The notes below the pieces were generated by a model. The model was not told the origin of the DNA. It did not search any database and saw only the letters and a program-made list of their open reading frames with translations. Below, piece by piece: positions 1 through 10,647 of a stretch of DNA of 64,000 nt; position 1 is the first letter of the stretch, and every line of letters starts with the position of its first letter. The stretch is from Marinicella sp. (lineage in GTDB: Bacteria > Pseudomonadota > Gammaproteobacteria > Xanthomonadales > Marinicellaceae). The stretch covers positions 2,656,001 to 2,720,000 of the forward strand of contig OZ246001.1 of NCBI GenBank assembly GCA_965230295.1, in the 5' to 3' direction. A program made the translations under genes and the position numbers.

Positions 1-877
1 ATTGCGTGCCAATGAAGGCATCACCGCAGATGCCATTGTCGATGACTTACTGGATTTGGGGGGTTATGCCTATGCCTGTCAAACCATTGTCAGACCTGAT
101 TTTGATGACGACTTACCTGAGCTAACTGGCCAGTGTTATACCGATGGTTTGATCCCACCTGCCACTGGAGTAGAAGGCGAGCTGATCGAAATTCCATTTC
201 AATACCGCCGTTCTTTTACTTTATACAAAGCACAGGCACGTTGGGCCAGAGACAGTCGTAACAGGTACTTCAACCCAACCCGGGGTTCTTTCCACTCAAT
301 TGGTTTTGAAGCTTCATTACCCAGCAGTACAGCAGAATTTTATAAGATCAACATCAAGGAAAATATCCTCTTTCCATTGACTGATAAACTCACATTATCA
401 TTGCGTGGAGAAATCGGTTATGGTGATGGTTATGGCGATTCGTCAGGGTTGCCGTTCTTTGAAAACTTTTTTGCCGGTGGCGTAAGTTCAGTCAGGGGCT
501 ATGATGACAATACCTTAGGTCCCAAGTCATTGGTTGGAGGACTGTTAGAAGAAGAAGCAGGGATTCCCACCACATCTCAATCTGGTGACCCCATTGGTGG
601 TTCATTCAAAGTAGTTGGATCAGCAGAAGTTGTTTTCCCGACACCATTTGCTAAAGACTCCAGCAATGCAGCTCGATTGGCGTGGTTCTTTGACGTAGGT
701 AATGTGTTTGATGATTTCGATAGTTTTGAAGCCAGAGAATTGCGTATGGCAACCGGCGTGGCTCTGAAATGGCAGGCTCCAGTAGGACCGATTGTTATTT
801 CATACGCTTATCCGTTCAATAACGACAGCAAAGATCGAACGGAAAGGCTGCAATTTACCTTTGGTAACACATTCTGA
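1..877 (+). CDS. bamA: Outer membrane protein assembly factor BamA, 3' part (runs in from window edge)
   Basis: LPFFENFFAGG, VRGY motif, GPIVISYAYP, C-terminal FTFGNTF; lies upstream of skp-lpxD. Confidence 0.97.
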   Translation, partial: LRANEGITADAIVDDLLDLGGYAYACQTIVRPDFDDDLPELTGQCYTDGLIPPATGVEGELIEIPFQYRRSFTLYKAQARWARDSRNRYFNPTRGSFHSIGFEASLPSSTAEFYKINIKENILFPLTDKLTLSLRGEIGYGDGYGDSSGLPFFENFFAGGVSSVRGYDDNTLGPKSLVGGLLEEEAGIPTTSQSGDPIGGSFKVVGSAEVVFPTPFAKDSSNAARLAWFFDVGNVFDDFDSFEARELRMATGVALKWQAPVGPIVISYAYPFNNDSKDRTERLQFTFGNTF

Positions 878-881
878 TTGT

Positions 882-1400
882 ATGCTAAAGACTTGGCCCA
901 TTTTCGTTGTACTTTTTTGTTTGGCCTTTTGGTCAGAAGGGGTGCATGCTGAAGGAAAAATTGGTTATGTCGATATGAATGTGTTGATCAATCAATCGCC
1001 ACAAATTTTGGCCGCAAATCAAACTTTAACCACTGAGTTTGAGGAGCAAAACAGTCGAATTTCAGAGCAAGAGTCTGATTTACAGGCCTTAGAGGATACG
1101 ATCAGCAAAGAAGGCAATTTCATGACACCAGATAAGTTGCTGGAACTTCAAGAACGTGCCCGAATTTTAGATCGCCAAGTACGTCGCGCCAAAGAAGACC
1201 TTAAAGATGCCATCACAATCAGAAATTCTCAATTGGTTGATGATGTACAAAATCAAATCAAATCAGTGGTCGCGGAATATGCTGAAGACAATGGTTTTGA
1301 TGCCATACTCATCAACGCCATTTTATATGCCAGCGAAGAAATTGATATCACCGATGAAATCCTGCAACAACTCAGGTCAGATTATTCTTCAGGTCAATAA
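882..1400 (+). CDS. skp: Skp/OmpH periplasmic chaperone
   Basis: Signal peptide, KIGYVD, ILYAS..IDITDEIL; synteny; ATG at 882 preferred to the track's 792. Confidence 0.93.
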   Translation: MLKTWPIFVVLFCLAFWSEGVHAEGKIGYVDMNVLINQSPQILAANQTLTTEFEEQNSRISEQESDLQALEDTISKEGNFMTPDKLLELQERARILDRQVRRAKEDLKDAITIRNSQLVDDVQNQIKSVVAEYAEDNGFDAILINAILYASEEIDITDEILQQLRSDYSSGQ

Positions 1401-1408
1401 GGGGGTTT

Positions 1409-2434
1409 ATGAAGACCTTATCTGATTTGGCCGCATCGTTGCAATTAAGCTTCCAAGGAAATGGTGCAATAGAGTTAACATCAGTGGCAACACTGGAGCA
1501 CGCCACTTCAAACCAAATCAGCTTTCTGGCCAACCCGAGTTATAAAAAATATTTATCCGAGACGCAGGCAGGTGCGGTCATCTTAACTGCAAAAATGGCA
1601 GAACATTTTACTGGCAATGTATTGATCAGTGAAAACCCGTATGTCACATTTGCCTATGTGGCACAGCAGTTTCAAAAATCAATGGAACAGTCAAATTCAA
1701 ACACCAAAAGCATCCATACCACTGCCGCGATCGATGATGATGCTGTGGTTGCAGCAGGTGTCGGGGTTGGACCATTAACAGTGATTGGCCAAGGCGCAAG
1801 AATTGCATCTGGTACAGAAATAGCTTCTCATGTATCGATTGGCGATGACGTGAAAATTGGTCGGGATTGTGTGATCAAAGCCGGGGTAAAGATCGAGTCG
1901 GGTTGTGTGTTAGGTGATCGGGTCATCGTTCATCCAGGCGCTGTAATTGGCGCTGATGGATTTGGCCTGGCCCGAGATCACCATGGGTGGGTGAAAATAC
2001 CACAAACTGGTGTGGTTGAAATTGGTGATGATTGTGAAATTGGTGCCAACACCACGATAGATTGTGGCGCCATAGAAAACACCGTGCTGGGAAAAGATGT
2101 TCGTTTAGACAATCAAATTCAAATCGGTCACAACGTAGTGATTGGTGACCACACCGTCATTGCCGGTTGTACGGCAGTAGCGGGTTCAGCAGAAATTGGT
2201 AAAAATTGTATGATTGGTGGTGGTGTCGGAATAGTGGGTCACATTAAAATATGTGATGGGGTAACCATACAGGCCATGGCACTGGTGACACACACCATCA
2301 ATGAAGCTGGGTCATACAGTTCGGTTTCACCCTTACAACCAACCCAACTGTGGCGAAAAAATGCTGTGCGTGCCAGGCAGTTGGATAAAATTGCTCGCAA
2401 AGTCAATCAATTGGAGAAAAAAATAAATGACTGA
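1409..2434 (+). CDS. lpxD: UDP-3-O-acyl-glucosamine N-acyltransferase
   Basis: Hexapeptide repeats, IGADGFG, KIPQTG, DNQIQIGHN. Confidence 0.97.
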   Translation: MKTLSDLAASLQLSFQGNGAIELTSVATLEHATSNQISFLANPSYKKYLSETQAGAVILTAKMAEHFTGNVLISENPYVTFAYVAQQFQKSMEQSNSNTKSIHTTAAIDDDAVVAAGVGVGPLTVIGQGARIASGTEIASHVSIGDDVKIGRDCVIKAGVKIESGCVLGDRVIVHPGAVIGADGFGLARDHHGWVKIPQTGVVEIGDDCEIGANTTIDCGAIENTVLGKDVRLDNQIQIGHNVVIGDHTVIAGCTAVAGSAEIGKNCMIGGGVGIVGHIKICDGVTIQAMALVTHTINEAGSYSSVSPLQPTQLWRKNAVRARQLDKIARKVNQLEKKIND

Positions 2435-2879
2435 TTTGGATAAGAACATAGGGGTCGAACAAATCATGGAGTTGATCCCTCACAGGTACCCGTTTTTATT
2501 GGTCGATAAGGTGGTTGACTATGCCGCTGGCGAATGGATTAAGGCTGTCAAAAACGTCACATTCAACGAACCACAATTTCAAGGTCATTTTCCAGGTCAT
2601 CCAGTGATGCCGGGCGTGATGTTGATTGAAGCCATGGCACAAGCCGCAGGAGTTTTGACCCAACTTTCCCGCGATGGTTTAGCCCATGATGCTTTGTTTT
2701 ATCTGGTTAAAGTAGACAATGCGAAGTTCAGTCAAATTGTGGTGCCAGGTGACCAACTTGTTTTTGAATGCAAGATTAAGAAAATCATTAAAAACATGAC
2801 TTTATACCAATGTAAAGCCACTGTAGAAGGAAAAGTGGTCGCCAAAGCCGATCTGTTATGTGCCGAGAAGAGCAAATGA
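2427..2879 (+). CDS. fabZ: 3-hydroxyacyl-ACP dehydratase
   Basis: PHRYPFLLVD, FQGHFPGHPVMPGVMLIEAMAQ. Confidence 0.98.
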   Translation: MTDLDKNIGVEQIMELIPHRYPFLLVDKVVDYAAGEWIKAVKNVTFNEPQFQGHFPGHPVMPGVMLIEAMAQAAGVLTQLSRDGLAHDALFYLVKVDNAKFSQIVVPGDQLVFECKIKKIIKNMTLYQCKATVEGKVVAKADLLCAEKSK

Positions 2880-3646
2880 TTCACCCCACCGCAATCATTG
2901 ATCCGAAAGCTGACATTGGCAACAATGTAACCATTGGTCCTTACTGTATCGTTCAAGCTGATACGGTCATTGGTGATGGTTGTGAACTTAAATCGCATGT
3001 GGTGGTGGCCAACCACACCACCATTGGTAAAGGCAATAAAATATACCCGTTTGCATCAATTGGTGAAGATCCGCAAGACAAAAAATTTGCAGATGAACCC
3101 ACCCGGTTGGTGATTGGTGATAACAACACCATCCGTGAATATGTGACCATCAACAGAGGTACCGTTGATGACGACGGCATCACCCAAGTTGGTGATGAGA
3201 ACTGGATCATGGCTTATGTCCATATTGCCCATGATTGTATCTTAGGTAACCACACCATTTTGGCCAACTGCAGTTCATTGGCAGGTCATGTACATGTTGG
3301 AGACCATGCGATCCTGGGAGGATTTACCAAGCTGCATCAATTTTGTCGAGTGGGTGCTCATGCATTTTCAGCCATGGACTCCGGTTTCCAAAAAGATTGC
3401 CCGCCATTTGTTATGGCACAAGGCAATCCTGCCAAACCCAGAGCCATTAATTTTGAAGGTTTGAAACGTCGTGGATTTGGTAAAGAGCGCATTGCTATGA
3501 TCAAGGCAGCCTATCGTGCGCTCTATAAATCGGATTTAAAACTAGAGCATGCCATCAATGAACTTGAACAGATGGCCAAAGAATCAGATGATGTGAAAAT
3601 CATGGTTGAATTTATTCAAAATTCTTCCAGAAGTATCATTCGCTGA
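2876..3646 (+). CDS. lpxA: UDP-N-acetylglucosamine O-acyltransferase
   Basis: MIHPTAII, PQDKK, IREYVTINRGT, HIAHDC; ATGA overlap with fabZ stop. Confidence 0.98.
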   Translation: MIHPTAIIDPKADIGNNVTIGPYCIVQADTVIGDGCELKSHVVVANHTTIGKGNKIYPFASIGEDPQDKKFADEPTRLVIGDNNTIREYVTINRGTVDDDGITQVGDENWIMAYVHIAHDCILGNHTILANCSSLAGHVHVGDHAILGGFTKLHQFCRVGAHAFSAMDSGFQKDCPPFVMAQGNPAKPRAINFEGLKRRGFGKERIAMIKAAYRALYKSDLKLEHAINELEQMAKESDDVKIMVEFIQNSSRSIIR

Positions 3647-4788
3647 TGTCTCCAAAGCCCTATAAAATTGCGTTGGTTGCCGGCGAAGCTTCCAGTGATT
3701 TGATTGGGGCAGATCTCATCAATGGTTTGTACGAGTTGAATCCTTCGATTGAAGTCCTGGCTGTAGGTGGTCATAAAATAAAAGCCACGCCAGCTCAATT
3801 GTTGCTAGAAAATGAAGTATTTTCAGTGATGGGCTTGACCGAAGTTTTGAAAGATTTGCCACGGATCCTCAAAGTTAAGAAGCAGTTGATTAAAGACATT
3901 CTGAACTTCAAACCAGATGTGTTTATAGGTGTTGATTCACCGGATTTAAACTTTTCTATCGCCAAAGACATGAAAAAACAAGACATCCCAGTGATTCATT
4001 ATGTCAGTCCTTCAGTTTGGGCTTGGCGACCCAAAAGGCTGTTTAAAATGGAACAATTCATAGATGGCTTGTTGACCTTATTTCCCTTCGAAGTTGATAT
4101 TTATCAGGACACCCGAATCCAGGCCAGCTTTGTTGGACATCCCTTGGCCCAATCAATACCTGTCGAAGTGGATAAACAGGCTGTTAAACAACAGCTAAGT
4201 GATGGTGATAAAAAAGTATTGGCCATGTTACCAGGGAGCCGAAACAGAGAGATCAAGCAATTGATGCCGGTTTTTGCCAACACCATTAAACAATTAAATC
4301 TGGGTAGTGAATGGCAAGTCATGAGCAGCAATGTATCGGCAGAAAAAATAGAACTGGTACAATTACTGGCCGCTGAGCATGACTTAGAAATAAAGTGGGT
4401 TGATGACACTTCCACTTTATTGCAGGCAGCTGATTTCGCATTGCTGGGTTCAGGGACGGTCGCTTTGGAAGCCATGTTGTGTAAAACCCCCATGGTGGTG
4501 ACCTATCAAATCTCAAAGTTAACTTGGTTCATAGTCAATACCTTCAAGATGATGCAATTGCCTTATTATTCATTACCCAATGTGTTACATGGAGATTTTT
4601 TAGTTCCAGAAGTGATGCAGAACGATTTAACGGTGAACAATTTATCGGCAGCCTGTTGGAAAGTGATCAATGACCCCAATCAGTCTGACCTGATCCATCG
4701 ATTTGTTGAGATCCATAGACAACTGTTACCTGCACAACCCAATCAAGCGGCTTCTGTTGTCATGAATTACCTGGAGGTATCATGTTAG
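3646..4788 (+). CDS. lpxB: Lipid-A-disaccharide synthase
   Basis: VAGEASSD, DSPDLN, HYVSPSVWAWR, LPGSR. Confidence 0.97.
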   Translation: MSPKPYKIALVAGEASSDLIGADLINGLYELNPSIEVLAVGGHKIKATPAQLLLENEVFSVMGLTEVLKDLPRILKVKKQLIKDILNFKPDVFIGVDSPDLNFSIAKDMKKQDIPVIHYVSPSVWAWRPKRLFKMEQFIDGLLTLFPFEVDIYQDTRIQASFVGHPLAQSIPVEVDKQAVKQQLSDGDKKVLAMLPGSRNREIKQLMPVFANTIKQLNLGSEWQVMSSNVSAEKIELVQLLAAEHDLEIKWVDDTSTLLQAADFALLGSGTVALEAMLCKTPMVVTYQISKLTWFIVNTFKMMQLPYYSLPNVLHGDFLVPEVMQNDLTVNNLSAACWKVINDPNQSDLIHRFVEIHRQLLPAQPNQAASVVMNYLEVSC

Positions 4789-5348
4789 TGGCGGGTGTCG
4801 ATGAGGCTGGCAGGGGGCCATTGGCCGGCCCTGTGACGGTGTCGGCAGTGATCTTATCTAAACCCATAGAAGGCTTGGATGATTCTAAAAAGCTTTCTGA
4901 AAAAAAGCGATTGGCTTTGGTGAATGTCATCAAGGCAGAAGCACTGGCTTGGTCAGTGGTACACATCAATGTCGATAAGATTGATCAAATCAACATCTTT
5001 CAAGCCACCATGTTGGGGATGATAAATGCCGTAGCTGATTTGACCATCCGGCCTGAAAAAATACAGGTGGATGGCAACAAAACGCCTGATTTTGGTATTG
5101 AAGCCGAAGCGATTGTGGGCGGTGATGGTAAAGTTCCAGCCATCAGTGCTGCTTCGATCCTGGCCAAAAGTGCCAGAGATCAATTGATGGTGAGTTTAGA
5201 TGTCGATTACCCGCATTACGGTTTTGCACAACACAAAGGTTATGGCACCAAACAACATGTCGCAGCCATCCATGAGCATGGTCCATGCCTGCACCATCGC
5301 AAGAGTTTTTCACCGGTACGTGACCTGTTGCAAAAGGAGTTGTTTTGA
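4782..5348 (+). CDS. rnhB: Ribonuclease HII
   Basis: GVDEAGRGPLAGPV, DSKKL, AASILAK, HKGYGT. Confidence 0.98.
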   Translation: MLVAGVDEAGRGPLAGPVTVSAVILSKPIEGLDDSKKLSEKKRLALVNVIKAEALAWSVVHINVDKIDQINIFQATMLGMINAVADLTIRPEKIQVDGNKTPDFGIEAEAIVGGDGKVPAISAASILAKSARDQLMVSLDVDYPHYGFAQHKGYGTKQHVAAIHEHGPCLHHRKSFSPVRDLLQKELF

Positions 5349-8300
5349 CTGTGAATCATCCTTTCATTCATCTGAATGTACACACTGAATTTGCCATTGT
5401 GGATTCAACCATAAGAATTCCGCAACTGATTGATAAAATCAAATCATTGAACATGCCTGCTGTGGCCATCACAGACATGAACAATGTGTTTGCCACCATC
5501 AAGTTTTTTAACACGGCTAAAAAAGCCGGCATCAAGCCCATCATAGGGGCGGACGTCTGGGTCTCATCAGCAGATGACCCTGATCAGGTGTTTGAAGTGA
5601 CTTTACTGTGTCAAAACCGGGCCGGTTATTTGAACTTGAGCCAAATCATTTCACATGCTCAATACCAACGCAATGCCAAACACCAGCCTTGTGTTACTCA
5701 AGAATATATATTCAATCATCATGAAGGGTTGATTGTATTGGCTGACAGCCTATTCAGTGATTTTGGGCGACACATTGCTGATCAAAAATTAGAGCTGGCC
5801 GCTGAAGTGATGTCACAATGGCAAGGGGTGTTCACTGATCGTTATTATGTGGCCATCGCCGAAATCAACCGACCCAATGAAAAACAAATCAATTCTGCGG
5901 CCATCTATATGGCAGCTCATCAGAACATCCCAATGGTTGCCTCTGGCCGTTGTCGATTTTTAGATGCTGATGATTTCAATGCCCACGAAGCGAGGATTTG
6001 CATCAATCGTGGCAATGTATTGGCAGACCCCAAGCGACCCAAAGAATACACCGATGAGCAATATGTAAAGTCAGCTGAATCGATGTCAAAACTGTTTAAT
6101 CAGTTTCCAAGCCTGATTGAAAACAGTTATGCCATCGCTCAACGGTGTACTTTGGACTTTAACTTCAAGGACTATTACCTGCCTGATTTTCCGATTCCGG
6201 AAGGCCTGACCATTGACAGTTACTTTGCTCAATTATGTCGTGAAAATCTACAAGAATTTTTAACCAGCAATGGCCCTGATCCAGCGTATTCAGAACAAGA
6301 TTACCACGACCGGCTTGACCATGAGATCAAAGTCATTTTGGATATGGGTTTCCCAGGATACTTCTTGATCGTTTCGGATTTCATCAGGTGGTCCAAGGAC
6401 AACAAAATCCCTGTGGGACCAGGGCGTGGATCAGGTGCGGGTTCCTTGGTCGCTTACGTGTTGAAAATCACTGACCTGGATCCACTCAAATATGAATTGC
6501 TGTTTGAGCGGTTCTTAAATCCAGAGCGGATCTCAATGCCTGACTTCGATGTTGATTTTTGCATGGATCGGCGTGATGAAGTGATTGCCTATGTGGCCGA
6601 TAAATACGGTAAAGAAAAAGTCAGCCAAATCATCACCTATGGGTCAATGAATGCCAAAGCAGTGATCAGGGATGCTGGTCGGGTTTTGGGTTACCCGTAT
6701 CCTGTGGTTGATGGCATAGCCAAATTGATCCCCAATGATTTGGGAATCACCTTGACGGAATCATTGAAAAAAGCACCTGATCTGGCCCAACTATATGATG
6801 AGGATGACGAAGCTCAGGAAGTGATTGATTTGTCATTGAAATTAGAAGGCCTGAAAAGAAATGTCGGAAAGCATGCGGGAGGTGTGGTGATTGCTCCCAG
6901 TGCAATCAGTGATTTCTGCCCCGTTTATGTGGAGGAAAACTCCCAATCTGTGGTATCGCAATTTGACAAAGACGATGTGGAATCCATTGGTTTGGTTAAG
7001 TTTGACTTTTTGGGCTTGCGTACCTTAACCATCATTGATTGGGCCTTGCAGTCGATTGAAAAAGAAACAGGCCAAGCTTTGGCCATCGATGCCATTCCAT
7101 TGGATGATAAAAAGACCTTTGCTTTGCTGCGCTCAGCCAAAACCACTTCGGTTTTCCAGTTGGAATCTTCAGGGATGCAAGGTTTGATTGGTCGATTGAG
7201 ACCAGACAGTTTTGAAGACATCATCGCTTTGGTGGCTTTGTATCGACCTGGACCATTGGATTCGGGTATGGTGGACACCTATGTTAAATGTAAGCATGGT
7301 TTGGAAACACCCAACTACTTACACGACACTCTGACAGACATCCTGCGACCAACCTACGGTGTGATCTTGTATCAAGAGCAAGTGATGCAAATTGCCCAAG
7401 TGTTGTCCGGTTTTACCCTGGGTGGTGCCGATATTTTGCGTAAAGCCATGGGTAAAAAGATCCATGAAGTGATGGCACAGCAAAAACAAATTTTCATTGA
7501 CGGGGCTGTGGAGCGTGGGGTTGATGCTGGATTGGCTGCAGAAATATTTTCTAACATAGAAACTTTTGCCGGTTATGGTTTTAACAAATCTCACTCAGCT
7601 GCTTATGCCTTGGTTTCTTATCAAACGGCCTATCTCAAAGCACATTATCCGGTTCATTTTATGGCCGCAGTGTTGTCTGCAGACTTGGACAATACAGACA
7701 AAGTGGTTAACCAGTTGTATGACATCAGAAGTTTTAAAATCAATGTCAGAATGCCTGATATCAACGAATCGGTGTATAAATTCAAAGCCAAAGAGGGTGA
7801 CATCATCTATGGAATGGGTGCCATCAAAGGCGTTGGAGAAGGCGCCATTGAAGAAATAGTCAATGCCAGAGAACAAAATGGTCCATTTGTTTCATTCCAG
7901 GATTTATGTACCCGTGTCAGCCTCAGAAAGGTCAATAAGCGAACATTAGAAGCCTTGATTCGTGCTGGTGCATTTGATCAACTGCACCCCAATCGCAGAC
8001 AACTGCTTGATGGTATGGAACAAGTGGTCAAAGCCGCTGACCAAATACACAAAGACCGTGATTCAGGGCAGTTTGATTTATTTGGCAATGCAGGTGGCAA
8101 CTCATCCTACCAATCTGTCCAGTTACCTGAAGTCAATGAAGACCCGACTTTAGAACGCTTATTGGCTGAAAAGACAGTTACTGGTACGTTTTTGAGTGAC
8201 CATCCATTGCGACTGGCCAGTCAATGCCTGAATCATGTCACCACTTTTGAGCTGGCTAAGTTCACCGAAATGAACATCAAAAATGCCAAACCCAAGGATT

Positions 8301-8806
8301 TCAGGGTGTTGGGTTTTGTGACCGGAGTCAGACCTGGTTTTAGGGGGAAAATGAAAGTCAGCATCATTGATCAGTCTGGCGGTTTTGAATTCAGCTTGAG
8401 TGAACAATTCTACTATGAATACCAAGCCATGCTGGAAACCAACAGCATGATATTGGTCGAGGGTACTGCCGGAATGAAGTCATTCAAAGGCAAAGATGGT
8501 AAACCCGATAATGAAATCTTTGTGACTACAGTCAGCAACTTGTACAGCGTGGATGAAGCCGTGGCATTGTATTGTGATCGCATTTGTTTTGTCAGTTTGG
8601 AGAACAGCCAACAACTGTCCCATGACATCAATGAATTACTGGCATCACACGGCAAGGGCAAGGCTCAATTATATGTGCACTACAAGAAGGCTGGTCAAAA
8701 GGTTAATCTTAAACTGTCCGAACAGCATAAAATCAGGCCATCGTACGCCTTGTTATTAGATGCGCTGAACAAACCTTCAATTCAACAAATTCTAACCAAA
8801 AATTAA
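5345..8806 (+). CDS. dnaE: DNA polymerase III alpha subunit
   Basis: PHP domain, GPGRGSGAGS, SMPDFDVDF, KFDFLGL, YGFNKSH. Confidence 0.99.
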   Translation: MTVNHPFIHLNVHTEFAIVDSTIRIPQLIDKIKSLNMPAVAITDMNNVFATIKFFNTAKKAGIKPIIGADVWVSSADDPDQVFEVTLLCQNRAGYLNLSQIISHAQYQRNAKHQPCVTQEYIFNHHEGLIVLADSLFSDFGRHIADQKLELAAEVMSQWQGVFTDRYYVAIAEINRPNEKQINSAAIYMAAHQNIPMVASGRCRFLDADDFNAHEARICINRGNVLADPKRPKEYTDEQYVKSAESMSKLFNQFPSLIENSYAIAQRCTLDFNFKDYYLPDFPIPEGLTIDSYFAQLCRENLQEFLTSNGPDPAYSEQDYHDRLDHEIKVILDMGFPGYFLIVSDFIRWSKDNKIPVGPGRGSGAGSLVAYVLKITDLDPLKYELLFERFLNPERISMPDFDVDFCMDRRDEVIAYVADKYGKEKVSQIITYGSMNAKAVIRDAGRVLGYPYPVVDGIAKLIPNDLGITLTESLKKAPDLAQLYDEDDEAQEVIDLSLKLEGLKRNVGKHAGGVVIAPSAISDFCPVYVEENSQSVVSQFDKDDVESIGLVKFDFLGLRTLTIIDWALQSIEKETGQALAIDAIPLDDKKTFALLRSAKTTSVFQLESSGMQGLIGRLRPDSFEDIIALVALYRPGPLDSGMVDTYVKCKHGLETPNYLHDTLTDILRPTYGVILYQEQVMQIAQVLSGFTLGGADILRKAMGKKIHEVMAQQKQIFIDGAVERGVDAGLAAEIFSNIETFAGYGFNKSHSAAYALVSYQTAYLKAHYPVHFMAAVLSADLDNTDKVVNQLYDIRSFKINVRMPDINESVYKFKAKEGDIIYGMGAIKGVGEGAIEEIVNAREQNGPFVSFQDLCTRVSLRKVNKRTLEALIRAGAFDQLHPNRRQLLDGMEQVVKAADQIHKDRDSGQFDLFGNAGGNSSYQSVQLPEVNEDPTLERLLAEKTVTGTFLSDHPLRLASQCLNHVTTFELAKFTEMNIKNAKPKDFRVLGFVTGVRPGFRGKMKVSIIDQSGGFEFSLSEQFYYEYQAMLETNSMILVEGTAGMKSFKGKDGKPDNEIFVTTVSNLYSVDEAVALYCDRICFVSLENSQQLSHDINELLASHGKGKAQLYVHYKKAGQKVNLKLSEQHKIRPSYALLLDALNKPSIQQILTKN

Positions 8807-8812
8807 ACACGC

Positions 8813-9358
8813 TTATCTGAAGCGAAAGGTCATTTGGTCACTGTCAATGGTCACATCAATGTGTATGTTTCTTCCGAATCTTTTTAAGCGTTCTTTGATG
8901 TGAAGTTGTTCTTCAACGATTTGCCCATCGTTGTTGAGCCATTGCAAAGTGGGTTCTTCCATGAGGAAACCCAAATCCACGACTTGCATTTGTGCCGGGT
9001 CTAAACAGATTTCATGTTTTCGGCGGCTGGTTTGAATGAACAGTTGTTTGTGGTTCAGACCATGACTTGGGGAACAAAACAGAATGGATTTAGGTTGACT
9101 GTATTCGTAAGCATGCTTGCCTAACCACAAAGCCAAGCCGGCATGTGGAGTCAATCGACTGATCAAATCGATGCCCTTGTAGCGAATGATCATCATCAAT
9201 AAGGCAAAACCAAATGCCACAAAGGAAAACAACAAGAACGATGTCCTCAAAACATCACTGAAGGAAAACTGCTCGGGGGACTGATCAGGTACATAGACCC
9301 ACAGCAGCACCCACAACATGGCCACCAAAATGAAAAATGAAACAGATTTTCTGAACAA
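8813..9358 (-). CDS. Hypothetical membrane protein
   Basis: 181-aa ORF with two N-terminal hydrophobic segments, fills the gap between dnaE and the next gene; TTG start. Confidence 0.7.
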   Translation of the reverse strand: MFRKSVSFFILVAMLWVLLWVYVPDQSPEQFSFSDVLRTSFLLFSFVAFGFALLMMIIRYKGIDLISRLTPHAGLALWLGKHAYEYSQPKSILFCSPSHGLNHKQLFIQTSRRKHEICLDPAQMQVVDLGFLMEEPTLQWLNNDGQIVEEQLHIKERLKRFGRNIHIDVTIDSDQMTFRFR

Positions 9359-9481
9359 TTGAGGTTCTCAGTTTAAAAAGAGCATCTTAGCAGAACTATT
9401 GTTGTTCAATACGTGACTTTCGCTATGCAACATCTTCACTGATTGTTGGTAGAATCATGACTACTTTGAATCGAGAAAGGC

Positions 9482-10639
9482 ATGAAAAAGCACCTATATA
9501 TATTTAGCCTCTTGCTGATGTTCAGCATGACTGTTCACAGTAAGACCTGGTATTTAGTCAGGCATGCAGAAAAAGTAGACGATGGCAGCAAAAATCCAGT
9601 GTTGACCAGCCAGGGAGAACAACGTGCAAAAAACATCGCTGGTCTGCTGGCAACAGCCCATATTGATGCCATTTATGCCACAGATTATCACAGGACCCAA
9701 TTAACGGCTAAACCATTGGCCGAATTACTAGGGCTGCCTGTCACTTCGTATGACCCCAGCGCATTACCGGCTTTTGCTGAACAGTTAAAAACAGTTCCTG
9801 GCAATGCCCTGATTGTGGGACACAGCAACACCACACCCATGTTGGCTTATTTATTGTCGGGCCAACCCATGATCAATTTAGATGATGTGGATTATGACAA
9901 TGTTTTCCAAATTACCAACAACAGCGAACAAACTGAAGTGACTCTGTTGAAAAGTTTGCCCAGTCAAGTGGCCCAACCACTGACTCAATTTTCACCCTTG
10001 CACGATCGTTATTTTAACGGTGAGTTGACGTTCAATATGTTGCTCAATGCAGATGTGGTCGGTCAGTCTGTTCATGGTTTTGCAAGCCAAGATGGCCAAT
10101 ACAAATTACATGAAAAAACCAGCATTGAGGCTTACAACATTCATGCCGATATTTCGGCGGTGGTTAACCAAGTAGATTTGTCGCCAGTCAGCATGAACAT
10201 GCAAGGCACCATGGGAGGTCCAGTTGATATCAGCATGCAATGGCAAGGAAATTCAGTCAAAGGTCACAGTGAAATGGCGCGAGAGGGCTTCAAGGCACAA
10301 GGCCGATTGGCAATTAACACTCAACTCAGGCCAAAGACGTTGGAACGCACCAGCACCATCATGTTGGCTCACTTGTTACCAGTCACTGAACAACAACCCT
10401 TGTTCTTGAATTGGTTCAATGCCTATGATGCCGATAATCGTTTGATCAATATCACCTATGAAGGTGAGGAATCTGTCACCGTACCTGCGGGAACTTTTGA
10501 GACAGTCAAAATCAAATACTCTGGTGGGGCACCATCGCAGTATTACTGGATTGATAAAAACCAGGCAAAAGTCGTGAAAATACAAGTGATCAAATCGCCC
10601 TGGAGTTATGAACTGGTAAAAGCTGAAATCAAATCATGA
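9482..10639 (+). CDS. Secreted histidine phosphatase (SixA/PGM-like) fused to a DUF3108-like beta-rich domain
   Basis: Signal peptide, LVRHAEK, RTQLTA, IVGHSNT; C-terminal E.VTVPAGTFE motif. Confidence 0.8.
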   Translation: MKKHLYIFSLLLMFSMTVHSKTWYLVRHAEKVDDGSKNPVLTSQGEQRAKNIAGLLATAHIDAIYATDYHRTQLTAKPLAELLGLPVTSYDPSALPAFAEQLKTVPGNALIVGHSNTTPMLAYLLSGQPMINLDDVDYDNVFQITNNSEQTEVTLLKSLPSQVAQPLTQFSPLHDRYFNGELTFNMLLNADVVGQSVHGFASQDGQYKLHEKTSIEAYNIHADISAVVNQVDLSPVSMNMQGTMGGPVDISMQWQGNSVKGHSEMAREGFKAQGRLAINTQLRPKTLERTSTIMLAHLLPVTEQQPLFLNWFNAYDADNRLINITYEGEESVTVPAGTFETVKIKYSGGAPSQYYWIDKNQAKVVKIQVIKSPWSYELVKAEIKS

Positions 10640-10647
10640 TCTGTTGA

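Noticed and set aside
5345-8806. Intein in dnaE
   Set aside because: Length (1153 aa) is normal and no splice motifs are evident
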